DNA from: Eubacteriales bacterium
GTDB lineage: Bacteria > Bacillota > Clostridia > Oscillospirales > CAG-272
DNA length: 56,410 bases
Assembly: GCA_045658525.1 (NCBI GenBank)
Contig: JAZOVD010000035.1
Location: forward strand, 1-56,410
Direction: 5' to 3'
Below, in pieces: positions 26,895 to 37,646 of this stretch. Below the pieces are notes generated by a model that saw only the letters and a program-made list of their open reading frames with translations, was not told the origin of the DNA and ran no database searches. The translations under genes were made by a program, and so were the position numbers. Numbering within the stretch: position 1 is the first letter of the stretch; each line of letters begins with the position of its first letter.

Positions 26895-28334
26895 TCAATG
26901 CTTCTTCCATACGGCGGAGAGATCGAGCGACTTGTTCATCTTATCAATGATCCAGAACAAGGGCTTCTCAACGTCCTTAGGCTCGAACGCCTCGCCCGTC
27001 TCGTTATGACCGAGAGCAGAGCAGGAGAAGAACTGTACAGTCTTGAACTTACCCTTTACGGTATTAAGGAAGCTGCTTTCGCCGTTATCGGTAAGGAACT
27101 TTTCGCAGACCGCGTTATAAGCATCGCACTCGTCCACCTTTGCGTTCTTACTCATATATCTCGAAACCGCGGCGCGTCCTATCTCATCGTCAAGACCGGG
27201 AATATCGTTTTTGGTAAATACTATTACTACCGAGGCGTTGATGGAGTCGGTAGCCTTCTTATGATAGAGGCTCTCCATAGTGTTTATAAGTCCTGTAAGA
27301 ACGTCACTCATAGGCTGAGCGCTTCCGTTGTACTTATTAAACTCTTCATTTCCAAGCTTCTTTTTAAGATCCTGACTGTACTCGGTTATAGAGAGCGGGT
27401 CAACGACGAGAACTATACCGTCCGCAAAGCGGTAGCCCTGCTGACCGGAAATAGCGTCCTGATTGGTAAACACCTCTCCCGCTATATCACAAACGGAGAT
27501 AAGGTTATCTATCTTAGCATTGTTGGGTTTGAGGTAGAAGTTGTAGTACTTGAACGCCATATCACCCGTCTTCTGGGGAACGTAACCTGCGTTCATACGC
27601 TTCATATTGTCCTGATAAGCGTCGCCCTGAACGAACTGATACTTATATTCAAGACCGAAAGTGGGGGCTTTCTTCTCTATCTGCTCGATAGCCATACTTA
27701 CAAAGCAGGTCTTACCGGAGCTTGCTCCGCCGACGACGGGGATAAGGAGGTTGGTATGTACGCCTTTAAGTGCCTCGCAATGACAGTGAGGACAGAGAGA
27801 ATCGAGGTGCTGTCTGCCGTTTATGAAGGTAGTGGGGAGTCTCTTTCCGCACTTACATCTTCTCTTGAATATACCGTAACGGCTGGGAACGAGCTTACGG
27901 TGCTGAGCCTTACAGCTCGGGCAGATATACACGGGGTGCGTGAACTTTCTTTCACATCCCGGGTTGTAACAGTTGTTACCTATTCGTTTAACGGCACAAT
28001 ATACCATATCAACGAGCTTCAAGAGCATAAAGCCGAGATATACGCCGATCATTATAACGAAAAGAATAGCGATATGAGCAAGCGAGAACACAGCGGTAAA
28101 GATAGTTCCGAATATTGCTACGCTTACGAGTATCATCGCCTTGAACAGGGTAAGACAGATAGCGGAATATACGTTTCTGTCGCCCCAGCTGTCAGCGATC
28201 TCTCCGGCAGAGTCAGATATCTTCTCAAAGTTACTGATCCACGCCTCTCTGATGGTGTGCCAAAGATCGGTGTAGCTTCCTCCGAAGAAGTAGCCTGTTT
28301 GCGCCGGCTCTTTGTATTTTGTTTTCTTTGACAT
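26895..28334 (-). CDS. TRAFAC-class GTPase with N-terminal membrane segment and Zn ribbons (double-GTPase system type)
   Basis: GGASSGKT (G1), DIAGE (G3), TKND (G4), SALG (G5); CPSC, CKC, CPHC. Confidence 0.85.
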   Translation of the reverse strand: MSKKTKYKEPAQTGYFFGGSYTDLWHTIREAWISNFEKISDSAGEIADSWGDRNVYSAICLTLFKAMILVSVAIFGTIFTAVFSLAHIAILFVIMIGVYLGFMLLKLVDMVYCAVKRIGNNCYNPGCERKFTHPVYICPSCKAQHRKLVPSRYGIFKRRCKCGKRLPTTFINGRQHLDSLCPHCHCEALKGVHTNLLIPVVGGASSGKTCFVSMAIEQIEKKAPTFGLEYKYQFVQGDAYQDNMKRMNAGYVPQKTGDMAFKYYNFYLKPNNAKIDNLISVCDIAGEVFTNQDAISGQQGYRFADGIVLVVDPLSITEYSQDLKKKLGNEEFNKYNGSAQPMSDVLTGLINTMESLYHKKATDSINASVVIVFTKNDIPGLDDEIGRAAVSRYMSKNAKVDECDAYNAVCEKFLTDNGESSFLNTVKGKFKTVQFFSCSALGHNETGEAFEPKDVEKPLFWIIDKMNKSLDLSAVWKKH

Positions 28335-28339
28335 TGTTG

Positions 28340-31021
28340 TCAATCCCCTTTCTTTTTGCCCCCGAAGATCTTACCCCAGAAGCCCTTATGATTTTGTTCG
28401 TAATAATTTATATAACGATCGAGAACGCTCTTATCCTCGATTCCGTTATTTTCAGTTTTAAGAAGTATGTCGAAAAGCTCACGTCTCTTTGACTTACCGA
28501 TAGAGTCAAGATACTCGTCTGCTATCGCTTCAAGAACGTCCTTGAACGGTCCGTTCTTGGTAAAGAGATAATTGAGCAGGTATCCTATATACTTCTGCGC
28601 GAGATAGGAATTTCCTTTGAGCGATCTTACGTACTCCGAAGCGAAGTTGCTGCTCAGAGAAAGAGGCTTTATAAGTGCCTCGTAGAGCGGCTCGAACGGT
28701 CCGTTAGTACCCGTTTCAAACATAGTATAAACGGTGTGGAGCGCGTAATCAAGGTTCATCGAAACAAAATCGCACGCGGTCTTATCGTCCGAGCTTTTCA
28801 TAAGGGACTCTATCGCTCCCTGCTGTAAGAGTCCATTGATAACTCCAAAGCTCTTCTGATCGCCCTTAGCTGAGTGAGCGAGGTATCCGCCTATTATATA
28901 AAGCTCAGCCTTTGAGTCGATATCGATTCCGAGCTTCTTTGAAACGTCGTGTATGCGGATCATCGTTCTTACGTCGATAACTCCGCCTCTTGCTATGCTT
29001 TCAAGCGACTGCTCGCTGAATATACCGTCGCATATCGCGGCAAAGAGCTTACCGTCCGTGCAGGCATTTGAAGCTCCGAATATCTCATCAAAGAAGTACA
29101 GTGCTTCCTTTACGCGGTTTTTCGCGTTCTTGTCCGCGAGATAAGCAGCGACCTTGTTTCTGAATACCAAAGCGGTCCTTGCGGCATAATCGGGGTTATT
29201 GTACTCCGCGCAAACGAACTTGCGGTATCCGTCCATTATCTGTTCCTTGGTCTTTGTCTGCTCCATCTCATATTTACATATAAGCGTACAGTCAACGAAA
29301 TCCTTTATCTCTCCGCTTCTCGAAGAAAACGCTCCGAGCTTAGCAACAGCATCGGGATGACGCGTTTCAAGCTCTATATAACCCTTAGCGCATCTGAGAT
29401 ATACGTCGGGGTATATCGTGACCATCTTTGTAAGCACGGTCCAGAACGCTCCGCCGCTCGTTACACGGCGTTCAAGATAGTTGAACAGATAGCTTACGTC
29501 GTTATGGAAATACTCCATATCTCCCGATATAACGCTTACGAAAACGTTTGCCGAAAGCTCGGGGGAGATGGAATCCGCTTTTTTTTGAACAGCATCGAAG
29601 CGAGCCCCGTCGTGAACCTTTACAAGCTCTGCGTATATACCGAGAACGTAATGAAGTATCTGTTTTCTGTCCTCCTGAGCGGCTACGGTGTACATATCGA
29701 GCATAACAAGAGCCGAAAACAGTCCCGTTTCCTGTGAATCAAATGAAAGTATGCGGCGCATAAACGTTTCGCCCGAGAACATCGCAAGCGCGTCCTGCCA
29801 CTTGCAGGGGCAGTTGCTCTTGAAGGTATCGTATATAGCGTCCTTGGTATTTTTAAGTATGCCGTCCATATACGCCATCATAAGCTTTTCCTGCGAAGGT
29901 GCAGAAAGACGCGTATAGAGATAACGGTATATATCGAAAAGCTTATCGGAGCTGTTTATCTCCGCGGAGCTTATAACGTATTCAAGTGCGCCCTCGGCGA
30001 CCTTCTGAACGTTCTCCTGCGGATTTTCGCATACGAGCTTCAATATATTTACAAACTCATCGGTATCCTTGACCGCGCTGTAATTTCCGTGGACCGCGCC
30101 AAGTATCTTAGCCGCGAGATCGCAGTCGGTTATATGGTAACGGTCAAGCACCGAGACTATCTCGTTAACGGAAAGGACTGTATCGTAGTAATCGGAAATG
30201 AGCTTTTCGGTTATAAGATCCGCATAAACTCCGACCTCTGCCTCGTCGCCGTCCTTTTCGGCGTTAAGAGACATTACCTCTGTCGTATAGGCAGACTGAG
30301 CGTAGAAGCCCGCGTTGTTGCCGGGATACATACAGCAGAGAGTAACGTTATCAGAGCTTGATATGACGTACGTGCTGAAACTGAAATCCATAATCTGGGT
30401 GCGCGGTATCATAAGTGAGAGAGCGCCTACCCAATATTTCATATTTTCAGGAGCATCGGTAAAATATATGTGCAAGGTCTTGCTCATTGAGCCGAGAACT
30501 CCGGAAAGAAGCTTTTTAAGGATATTTTTCTTTTCAGGTGTATTGAAAAACGAGTTTATCTCTCTTTCGCTTATCGCTACGCCCGCGTCGTTTATCTCGA
30601 CCTTGGGGAGCGGCGGAGGATCGGACGGAGCGTTAAGCTCCGCATCGGTAAGACGCGTCTTGAAAATTCCGCTTCCTATAAAGTTGGCGGGTATCATTCC
30701 TTCCATATCGTCCGTAACGTAAGCGTGATAAATGTAGTTACCCCAACGACCCGTATAGTCCTGACCGACGTAAGACGCCTGAGCTATACAGTATCTGCCG
30801 CTGGCGAGACGGAAAAACGCGACGTTTTTCGGGAAAAGACGCTCTATCTCATCAGCCGTAGGAGTAAACGGAAGCGGAGAGGGCGCTTCATAACGCATGA
30901 CCTTGTGTATCTCATCAACCTCTGCCGCGGTAATATCGGTGGATTTGGAATATACCATATATCCCTTTTTCGGAGAATCTCCGTTTTTCCAGGAGGTATA
31001 GATAAGCTGGCTTGCTAACAT
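28340..31021 (-). CDS. GTPase-associated protein 1 (GAP1-N/GAP1-M)-like protein with long helical C-terminal region
   Basis: SQLIYTSW..G...GY, YVGQDYTGRWGNYIYHA, FSFSTY; sits between two paralogous GTPases. Confidence 0.7.
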   Translation of the reverse strand: MLASQLIYTSWKNGDSPKKGYMVYSKSTDITAAEVDEIHKVMRYEAPSPLPFTPTADEIERLFPKNVAFFRLASGRYCIAQASYVGQDYTGRWGNYIYHAYVTDDMEGMIPANFIGSGIFKTRLTDAELNAPSDPPPLPKVEINDAGVAISEREINSFFNTPEKKNILKKLLSGVLGSMSKTLHIYFTDAPENMKYWVGALSLMIPRTQIMDFSFSTYVISSSDNVTLCCMYPGNNAGFYAQSAYTTEVMSLNAEKDGDEAEVGVYADLITEKLISDYYDTVLSVNEIVSVLDRYHITDCDLAAKILGAVHGNYSAVKDTDEFVNILKLVCENPQENVQKVAEGALEYVISSAEINSSDKLFDIYRYLYTRLSAPSQEKLMMAYMDGILKNTKDAIYDTFKSNCPCKWQDALAMFSGETFMRRILSFDSQETGLFSALVMLDMYTVAAQEDRKQILHYVLGIYAELVKVHDGARFDAVQKKADSISPELSANVFVSVISGDMEYFHNDVSYLFNYLERRVTSGGAFWTVLTKMVTIYPDVYLRCAKGYIELETRHPDAVAKLGAFSSRSGEIKDFVDCTLICKYEMEQTKTKEQIMDGYRKFVCAEYNNPDYAARTALVFRNKVAAYLADKNAKNRVKEALYFFDEIFGASNACTDGKLFAAICDGIFSEQSLESIARGGVIDVRTMIRIHDVSKKLGIDIDSKAELYIIGGYLAHSAKGDQKSFGVINGLLQQGAIESLMKSSDDKTACDFVSMNLDYALHTVYTMFETGTNGPFEPLYEALIKPLSLSSNFASEYVRSLKGNSYLAQKYIGYLLNYLFTKNGPFKDVLEAIADEYLDSIGKSKRRELFDILLKTENNGIEDKSVLDRYINYYEQNHKGFWGKIFGGKKKGD

Positions 31022-31071
31022 TGGTATTTCTCCTTTCTTGCGGTAATAAAAGCCGCTTATGGTTGTTTATC

Positions 31072-32226
31072 TTATATGGTTTTTATATACTTGTTTATAG
31101 AGAGAAGCCAGAGAAGCGGGTCAAGAACTCTGACAGGCTGAGGCTCACCCATAAGCTGAGAACCGCCGACAGGGTTTTCGCCAAGAGCCGAAACTCCAAA
31201 GAACGCATGCTTAGAGAACTCTTTAAGAAGCTGCATTACCTCATCAACCATAAAGTTTTCAAGCAGTGCTTCTATTTCTATGTTCGTGTTTTCAAAATCG
31301 GATTTTACAAACGCGCCTTTAGCTATATGCTCAGACTGGGCACGGAGACAGCTGTCCTCGGGAAGTACGTCATAGCGCGCAAGAACGTCCATCTTAGTAA
31401 ACGCAAGCGCTATCGGTATATCTATACAGCCTCTTATCTTTTTCCTATCCTTTATTATATTTATAACACGGCGGAGTATATCGGTAACATCGCTGTTCTG
31501 CTCGGGGAGATCGACCTTTCCTTTAAGACGGTCTCTTATCATAGGAAGCTGCAGGGGGTCGAGAAGAACTATTATACCGCTCGCGTTAGCGATATACTGG
31601 TTATTACAGAGCATACTTGTCTCGGTGTCGAGATTTTCTCCCGCGGTATCGTAAAGAGAAAGCGTGACCGAGTTTTTGATCTTATAGGATCTTGACTTTG
31701 TGTCAAAGAAGTCTATGGAGTATATAAGCGGAGCGGACTCGACGTTAGCGTCGGTACCCTTAACGGTAGTAGCGTTCTCGTAAAGCGGCTTATAATAAGT
31801 CTGTTGATACGCGTCGCTCGTCTGCTGATTACAGAATATAAGAGAACAGTCGAGGTTTCTGGACATCTTCTTCTTTATCTCGTTTATCAGAACCGCTATA
31901 TAGTTGGATTTTCCCGCCTGCTTTGCTCCTATGAGCGCAACGGAAAAGTTATTTCCGCAGGCGCGCTCAGGTATCTCCCACATCTTTCCTCCGTTACGCT
32001 TGGAGGGGCAGAAGCGGGAAAGCTTGGCGTTATCGCACTTCATACATTTTCCTATGTATTTGAAGGGGATAGTGCCGTCGGGATTTTTCTGGAAATCAAA
32101 TTTACACGTTCTTTTTACACCGTTGGCGTCGTTCTTCTTGCCGTCGATGTTGTAAGAACAGGTGTAGATACAATCCTTTTGAGTGTGTCTTTCGTAACAG
32201 TAAGGACATATAAACTTATCTGCCAT
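31072..32226 (-). CDS. TRAFAC-class GTPase with N-terminal Cys-rich Zn ribbon (double-GTPase system type)
   Basis: CPYC; GAKQAGKS, YDTAGE, LLDPLQL, TKMD, VSALG, PLLWLL. Confidence 0.85.
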   Translation of the reverse strand: MADKFICPYCYERHTQKDCIYTCSYNIDGKKNDANGVKRTCKFDFQKNPDGTIPFKYIGKCMKCDNAKLSRFCPSKRNGGKMWEIPERACGNNFSVALIGAKQAGKSNYIAVLINEIKKKMSRNLDCSLIFCNQQTSDAYQQTYYKPLYENATTVKGTDANVESAPLIYSIDFFDTKSRSYKIKNSVTLSLYDTAGENLDTETSMLCNNQYIANASGIIVLLDPLQLPMIRDRLKGKVDLPEQNSDVTDILRRVINIIKDRKKIRGCIDIPIALAFTKMDVLARYDVLPEDSCLRAQSEHIAKGAFVKSDFENTNIEIEALLENFMVDEVMQLLKEFSKHAFFGVSALGENPVGGSQLMGEPQPVRVLDPLLWLLSINKYIKTI

Positions 32227-32260
32227 TGTCTTTTAAAATACCTTTCTTTATCGCTTTTTA

Positions 32261-35200
32261 TCAGAGTTTCATTACGGGTTTGAGCATAAGGTGTCCGACA
32301 GAGGGTGAGCTGAAAAACAAGCTGAGCTTATCCTTCATACTGCCTGCCGCATCGACAGTTACCGTAGCGGTGTAGAAGTAACCCTGCTTAAAGAGCTTCT
32401 TCTTCATCTCTCCGCCCTTCATAGTTCCGACAGTAACACCGCCGTTCTTGTTAAGGGGCTTCGGATAACCGCCTACTATATCTATATCGGGAAGCTCCAT
32501 CATTCTGTCCGCCATAAAGGTAAGTCTTACCTTATACGGTGCTCTGACGGAAAGCTCGTAATCCATCTGATATTTTACTATCTCTTTTTCTCTGTTGTCT
32601 ATAACGTCGGGAAGCGGAGTAGGTCTTGAATAGGTTATCTTACCTGCCTCCGAGAACTCCGCGAACAGAGTAACGTAATATATACCGGGCTTTAAGTTCA
32701 TATAGAAGCCCTTATCGCCGACGAACGTATCATACGTACATACTCTGCGCTCGCCCTCAGCCTTCTCCGAATCAACGAACTTTTCGGAGTTGATGATAGC
32801 TATTACGTTACGGACGTTAGGAGCTATCGCGCCCTCGATGAGGATATTTCCGCCCTTGTTTACTACGTTTATACCGTCTATACCCTTTATCGTGTTAACG
32901 GGAAGCGGCGGACAGATTACCGCGAGCTGCTCGTTGGCAACAACGGGATAGAGCCAGAGTATCTTCTTATCCGGTGCGCTGAAATAGAACTTGGTATCTG
33001 ATACAACGGTAGCGTCAAGCTCACTGAGATCCTTGTACTTCTTCTGGAAGGTTGCCTTATCCTCCGCTATACCGAAGGCGTATTCGTAACGTCTCTGAGC
33101 GATATAAAGCTTAACCGCTCCGTTTACAGGCATATCGCACTCGAAATTGAAATCGGTATGAGCGCCCGCTGAGGTAAGCTTGGGATTTGTGATCATCTTC
33201 GGGATACTGAACCTCTTATAAGAAGCCTTTATACCCGCAGAATAATGCTCTTTTCCAAGATAATTGTATTTACATACGACGAGGTAGCTGTTCTTATCCT
33301 CTTTGAGGTCTCTGTCAACGAAGCTGTTAAGACCCTCGGTAGGAACGCGCGTTCCGTCGTTTATCGATGACGGCGGTATAACGCCCGGCTTACGATATAC
33401 CTCAACACTCTTAACGTTATCCGGAACGCTCCACGTCGCCTTTATCGAATCGTCTGTCTTTTCCTGATGGAGATTGGTAACGTCAAGGAACATTACGACG
33501 GGATTAGGCGTTATAACGAGCTTTGAGCGAACACCTCCGCGCTCCGCGAATACTCCGTAGAAGTACGCGGTTGCGGAAACGACTCCCGAATCCTCGAAGA
33601 AGTTTATGGTAAGACCGTCCTCAAGAACCTCTCCGTCCTCGTCGTTTGCGGGAGCGGAGCCGATCTTACGGAGTATCGTGTACGTTACCGCGCTCTGATC
33701 CCCCTCGGTCTGCCAATCTATCTTTACAGTATTTCTTACTATTCTCGTGGTTATGATTCTCGGGGCCTTCGGCGGATAATTTTTAAGGACCTGTACCGCC
33801 GCCGCGTAGTCGGAGCAAACCTCAAGAGCCTTGCCGCAAAATTCTATCGCGCCGCTCTCGTTGTTCGTTTTCATAGCGTTATTTGCCATATTAACGAACT
33901 GCTGTGCGCTCTTTATAGCGGCGTTTATCTTATCGTCAAAGGTCTTGGTATCGTAAGTGGGAGCCTCATTTTTGAGTTTCTTTACGAGATCCTCCGCCTT
34001 ACAGAACTGCTTTTTCGCGAAAAGGACGTTTATTTCCTTTACGTACTTATCGTATATAGCGTCGCTTTCCGCTTTTTCCTTTTTCTTCTTATCTATCGCC
34101 TTCTTGGCTTCGGCTATACGCTTGCTTACGAACGCCTGCGGGAGCTTTTCGTATCCGGGGAAAACGTTTTCGAGCTTATTAAGCGCGGCAACGAGATCTA
34201 TCTCGGAGAACTCGGGGGCGTGAAGCCTTGCGTTGAAGTCCTTTTCGGCGTTATTGAAATCCGTCTGATGGTTTTTGGTAACGGAACACTTGGAGCAAGC
34301 CTGATGCTTAGAGGTAAAGAGCGATATTTCGCCACAGTTCCAGCATCTTATTTCGAGCGATCTTCCGCAGTTGGGACAGGTCTTTACGCCCGGCTTTACG
34401 ATGTAGGACATTCCGCACTCGTCGTAAGGACAGACGGCGAACTTCATCGCGCCGCCGCTCGTCTCACGAACTATTCCGAAGAATTGCAGGTAAGCGTCCA
34501 GCTCCTTTTCAGCCTCGTCAACAGAGAGCTTCGTGGACTGCTTCATTATGTCCATAAACTCGGTAAGAAGCTTATCGTTTATATTCTTTATACCGCTGTT
34601 CTTGAACATCTGGAGCTTTTCCCAGATCTGCTCTCTGCACTGGCAGTATATATCGTATTCCTTCTTACCCTGCGCGGTCTTGAAAACGACCTTAACGAGT
34701 CCACAAAGGTTGATTATAGCGGTCGCCTGAGCGTTCTTACCCTGCTTCTGAGCGGCTGAGTAAAGCGCGTCCTGCTTGTTCTTTATTTCGTCGAGGCTTG
34801 CCGCGGGGGTAAGGTCGAGGAAATCGTACAAGTCCTTTTTATTTATCGTTCTGAGCTGGACCTCTATCTTGCTGAGGTTGTTGAACGGCACCTCTCTCTT
34901 TGTCGAGGCTGACTGCTTATACGAAACGCCCTGCTTGAAAAGATGCGATATTTTAGAGTGAAGCTCTTTTTCATCAACAGCGTTCTTTTCGGCTATCTGA
35001 GATAACTCATAATCCCAGATATATCCACGTCCGCAGATAGACTCCGCCGCCGCTACGGCAACGCTGAGATATATGCTTTTCGCTCTCTGGGCTTCCTGCT
35101 TACGTCCGCCCTTGTTAGGCGCGTACGAGGACATGCCGGTATTCGGGTCGGTCGTATAGACCGCGTCATTGAGCATTATCTGGTCTATATCCTCTTTAAG

Positions 35201-35380
35201 CTCAACGAGACGGCTGTTTATAACGCTCTGCTCTCTTGCGAATGTGTTTCTTTTCTTCTTTATGGCATCTTCAATCTTCGTTACATCCGTCTCATCAACG
35301 TTTATCTTGAACGCGATAAAGTAGTTAAGGTCGGGATTTTGAAGCTCTGCCGCGGTTCTTATTTTACTTGGTGCCGCCAT
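32261..35380 (-). CDS. multidomain protein: degenerate J-like domain(s), double Zn ribbon, TPR-like helices, FN3/Ig-like domains
   Basis: DLYDFLDLTPAASLDEIK...KKEYD without HPD; CPYDEC/CPNC/CWNC/CSKC; AIEFCGKALEVC; VKIDW...YTILRK...YFYGVFA. Confidence 0.75.
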   Translation of the reverse strand: MAAPSKIRTAAELQNPDLNYFIAFKINVDETDVTKIEDAIKKKRNTFAREQSVINSRLVELKEDIDQIMLNDAVYTTDPNTGMSSYAPNKGGRKQEAQRAKSIYLSVAVAAAESICGRGYIWDYELSQIAEKNAVDEKELHSKISHLFKQGVSYKQSASTKREVPFNNLSKIEVQLRTINKKDLYDFLDLTPAASLDEIKNKQDALYSAAQKQGKNAQATAIINLCGLVKVVFKTAQGKKEYDIYCQCREQIWEKLQMFKNSGIKNINDKLLTEFMDIMKQSTKLSVDEAEKELDAYLQFFGIVRETSGGAMKFAVCPYDECGMSYIVKPGVKTCPNCGRSLEIRCWNCGEISLFTSKHQACSKCSVTKNHQTDFNNAEKDFNARLHAPEFSEIDLVAALNKLENVFPGYEKLPQAFVSKRIAEAKKAIDKKKKEKAESDAIYDKYVKEINVLFAKKQFCKAEDLVKKLKNEAPTYDTKTFDDKINAAIKSAQQFVNMANNAMKTNNESGAIEFCGKALEVCSDYAAAVQVLKNYPPKAPRIITTRIVRNTVKIDWQTEGDQSAVTYTILRKIGSAPANDEDGEVLEDGLTINFFEDSGVVSATAYFYGVFAERGGVRSKLVITPNPVVMFLDVTNLHQEKTDDSIKATWSVPDNVKSVEVYRKPGVIPPSSINDGTRVPTEGLNSFVDRDLKEDKNSYLVVCKYNYLGKEHYSAGIKASYKRFSIPKMITNPKLTSAGAHTDFNFECDMPVNGAVKLYIAQRRYEYAFGIAEDKATFQKKYKDLSELDATVVSDTKFYFSAPDKKILWLYPVVANEQLAVICPPLPVNTIKGIDGINVVNKGGNILIEGAIAPNVRNVIAIINSEKFVDSEKAEGERRVCTYDTFVGDKGFYMNLKPGIYYVTLFAEFSEAGKITYSRPTPLPDVIDNREKEIVKYQMDYELSVRAPYKVRLTFMADRMMELPDIDIVGGYPKPLNKNGGVTVGTMKGGEMKKKLFKQGYFYTATVTVDAAGSMKDKLSLFFSSPSVGHLMLKPVMKL

Positions 35381-35426
35381 TAGAAATTGCTCCTTTGCGT
35401 GTTTCTTGGTTTTGCTGAATTATTTT

Positions 35427-37550
35427 TTAGCTAAGGCTGACCTTGCCGCTTCCCTCTGTTATAGCCTGCGCTATCGTAGAGAACGCGCCCTTCAAGCTAT
35501 TGAGGTCAGTTTTAAGCGCGGATTCATCGGACGACGCTATCTTTTTGAGGAACGCTCTATCCGCATCCGCAAATCCGAGAGCGACTATGTCTATACCCTT
35601 GCTCTTTATCTTCTGAGAGTTGGCTATCTCCTCGGTAGCCTTGAACCACTGACCGTCGGTAAGAACGACAAGATAGTTCTTTTCGTCCATCTTTCCGAAG
35701 TTTGTGTTAAGGTACTCAAAGGGCTTACCGCTGGTCGCTCCGCCAACGTCGTGCTTGAACGCACAGGCGTCCTTTATAGCACCGTAAATATCCTTAATAC
35801 GGTTGGTGGGCTTACAGGCAGTCGTTACTCTGTCCGCAAAGACAACGACACCGATCTTACTGCTGGTAAGGTCCATATCGTCAACGAACGCACGTGCCGC
35901 CTGCTCGACCTTACTCATAGCCGAGGACATACTTCCCGAAACGTCTATTACGAGGTAGATGGTAGAGCTTATCTTTATCTCCTCTATCTTCGGAGCTTCA
36001 TCGACCCAGCTCATATCCTCGGGAACCTCGGTCTTGGTAACGGTAAGAGACTTACCCGTTTTTCTCTGAACGGCGGTAACGTCAACCATTCCGTTCTCGT
36101 TGTAGGTATAGGAAATATCTATAACCGACTCCTGCTCGGACTGAGGCTCTATTCCGCTTATAACGTACTTTCCGAGTATATGGTTATCACTCGGAACGAG
36201 ACTCTCACCTTGGAGTATATAAACCTCGATTATTCCGTCTCCGCCTCTTCTTGTGTTTATCTTGAAGGGCTTCTGCTGAGTCGAGGGAACTTTTTCGTTT
36301 TTAGGAATTATTATTGTGTTGACGTAACGGCTCTTATCCTCGGAAACAGAGATCATTCCGAGGCTGTGAGCGGTAACGTCGCGTATGGAGTCACTGCTGA
36401 GCGTAAGCACGCGTCTTGCGGGCTGAGATGCCTGACCTGCCAGGTTAGCGGTACGGGGAGCGGGACCGAGAGAAAGGGTTACGGTCTTTTCCGCGCATAT
36501 AGCCGCCTGTATCGCCGCGCCCTTGGCAACTACCGTATCAACGTTTACGTTGGTTATCGGGTACTTGCCGTACTCGCGCTTTATCATCTCCTTGACCTGA
36601 GGCATTCTCGTAGAGCCTCCAACGAGAACTATCTCGTCGATGCCCGAGCCGTCGGTGCTTTCGCCTATCTCGGTCAGACACTCGTTGATAAGGAGCTGGG
36701 TCTTGGAAAGAAGATCGCTTGTCTGCTCCTCGAACCATTCCTTAGTTACCTCGTATCTGCCTATGTTACCGTCACACGAAACGGTCGCGGTGACCTTTTG
36801 GAGATTGGTGAGCTTCTTCTTTACGTTTTCGCACTCGACCTGAAGCTCGTTTGACTCCTCGGGATAATCGTCGATACATACACCGAACTCGTTTTCAAAC
36901 GATTCGGCAAGATAGTTTCTGAGTATGAGATCCCAATCCTTACCTCCGAGCTGATGGTCGCCGTTCGTTCCGAGAACGCTGACAACAGAGCCCTTAACGT
37001 CCGCTATGGTAATATCGAACGTTCCGCCTCCGAGGTCGTAAACCATTACCTTCTTATTGCCCTCTCCGGTAAGACCGTAGGCTATTATAGCCGCTGTCGG
37101 CTCGTTTATTATTTTGAGAACCTTGATACCTGCGGCTTCACCTGCGTTTATGGTAGCCTGACGCTGAGCCTCGTTGAAGTACGCGGGAACGGTAATGACC
37201 GCGCCGTCTATCTCAACGTTGTTCGCCATCTCTATATCCTTTATAAGCTCTTTCAAGTATATTCCGGAAAGATCCTCGGATGAATAATTATCCCCATCAA
37301 GGTAAAGAGAAAAGTTTTTGTTACCCATCCACGTTTTGTAGAAAGCCGCGGCGTTCGCGTTACCCGCGCTTTGAAGGCTCTTAGCCTCACTTCCTATCGT
37401 AACGCTTCCGTTCTCTATGAAAACGACGGACGGAGTATATTCGTCTCCGAAGCTGTTTTTAAGTATTACCGGCTCGCCCTTCGTTTTATCGAAGGTGGAT
37501 ACTGCCGAGTAAGTAGTTCCGAGGTCTATTCCTACGGTTATCTTATTCAT
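35427..37550 (-). CDS. Hsp70-family protein fused to a C-terminal vWA domain
   Basis: [32 protein letters not shown]; vWA MIDAS IDVSGSM, GGATS, LTDG. Confidence 0.92.
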   Translation of the reverse strand: MNKITVGIDLGTTYSAVSTFDKTKGEPVILKNSFGDEYTPSVVFIENGSVTIGSEAKSLQSAGNANAAAFYKTWMGNKNFSLYLDGDNYSSEDLSGIYLKELIKDIEMANNVEIDGAVITVPAYFNEAQRQATINAGEAAGIKVLKIINEPTAAIIAYGLTGEGNKKVMVYDLGGGTFDITIADVKGSVVSVLGTNGDHQLGGKDWDLILRNYLAESFENEFGVCIDDYPEESNELQVECENVKKKLTNLQKVTATVSCDGNIGRYEVTKEWFEEQTSDLLSKTQLLINECLTEIGESTDGSGIDEIVLVGGSTRMPQVKEMIKREYGKYPITNVNVDTVVAKGAAIQAAICAEKTVTLSLGPAPRTANLAGQASQPARRVLTLSSDSIRDVTAHSLGMISVSEDKSRYVNTIIIPKNEKVPSTQQKPFKINTRRGGDGIIEVYILQGESLVPSDNHILGKYVISGIEPQSEQESVIDISYTYNENGMVDVTAVQRKTGKSLTVTKTEVPEDMSWVDEAPKIEEIKISSTIYLVIDVSGSMSSAMSKVEQAARAFVDDMDLTSSKIGVVVFADRVTTACKPTNRIKDIYGAIKDACAFKHDVGGATSGKPFEYLNTNFGKMDEKNYLVVLTDGQWFKATEEIANSQKIKSKGIDIVALGFADADRAFLKKIASSDESALKTDLNSLKGAFSTIAQAITEGSGKVSLS

Positions 37551-37598
37551 AATCGGGATTCCCTTTCATAATGCTGTATTGTAAAAAAACAAAGTAAC

Positions 37599-37632
37599 GC
37601 AGACCCGCTTGTTTAAAAACAGGCAGGTCTGC
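37599..37632 (-). terminator. intra-operon hairpin after the first Hsp70
   Basis: Minus strand GCAGACCUGC...GCGGGUCUGC followed by a U-rich tract. Confidence 0.6.
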
Positions 37633-37646
37633 TGTGATCACTTAAA

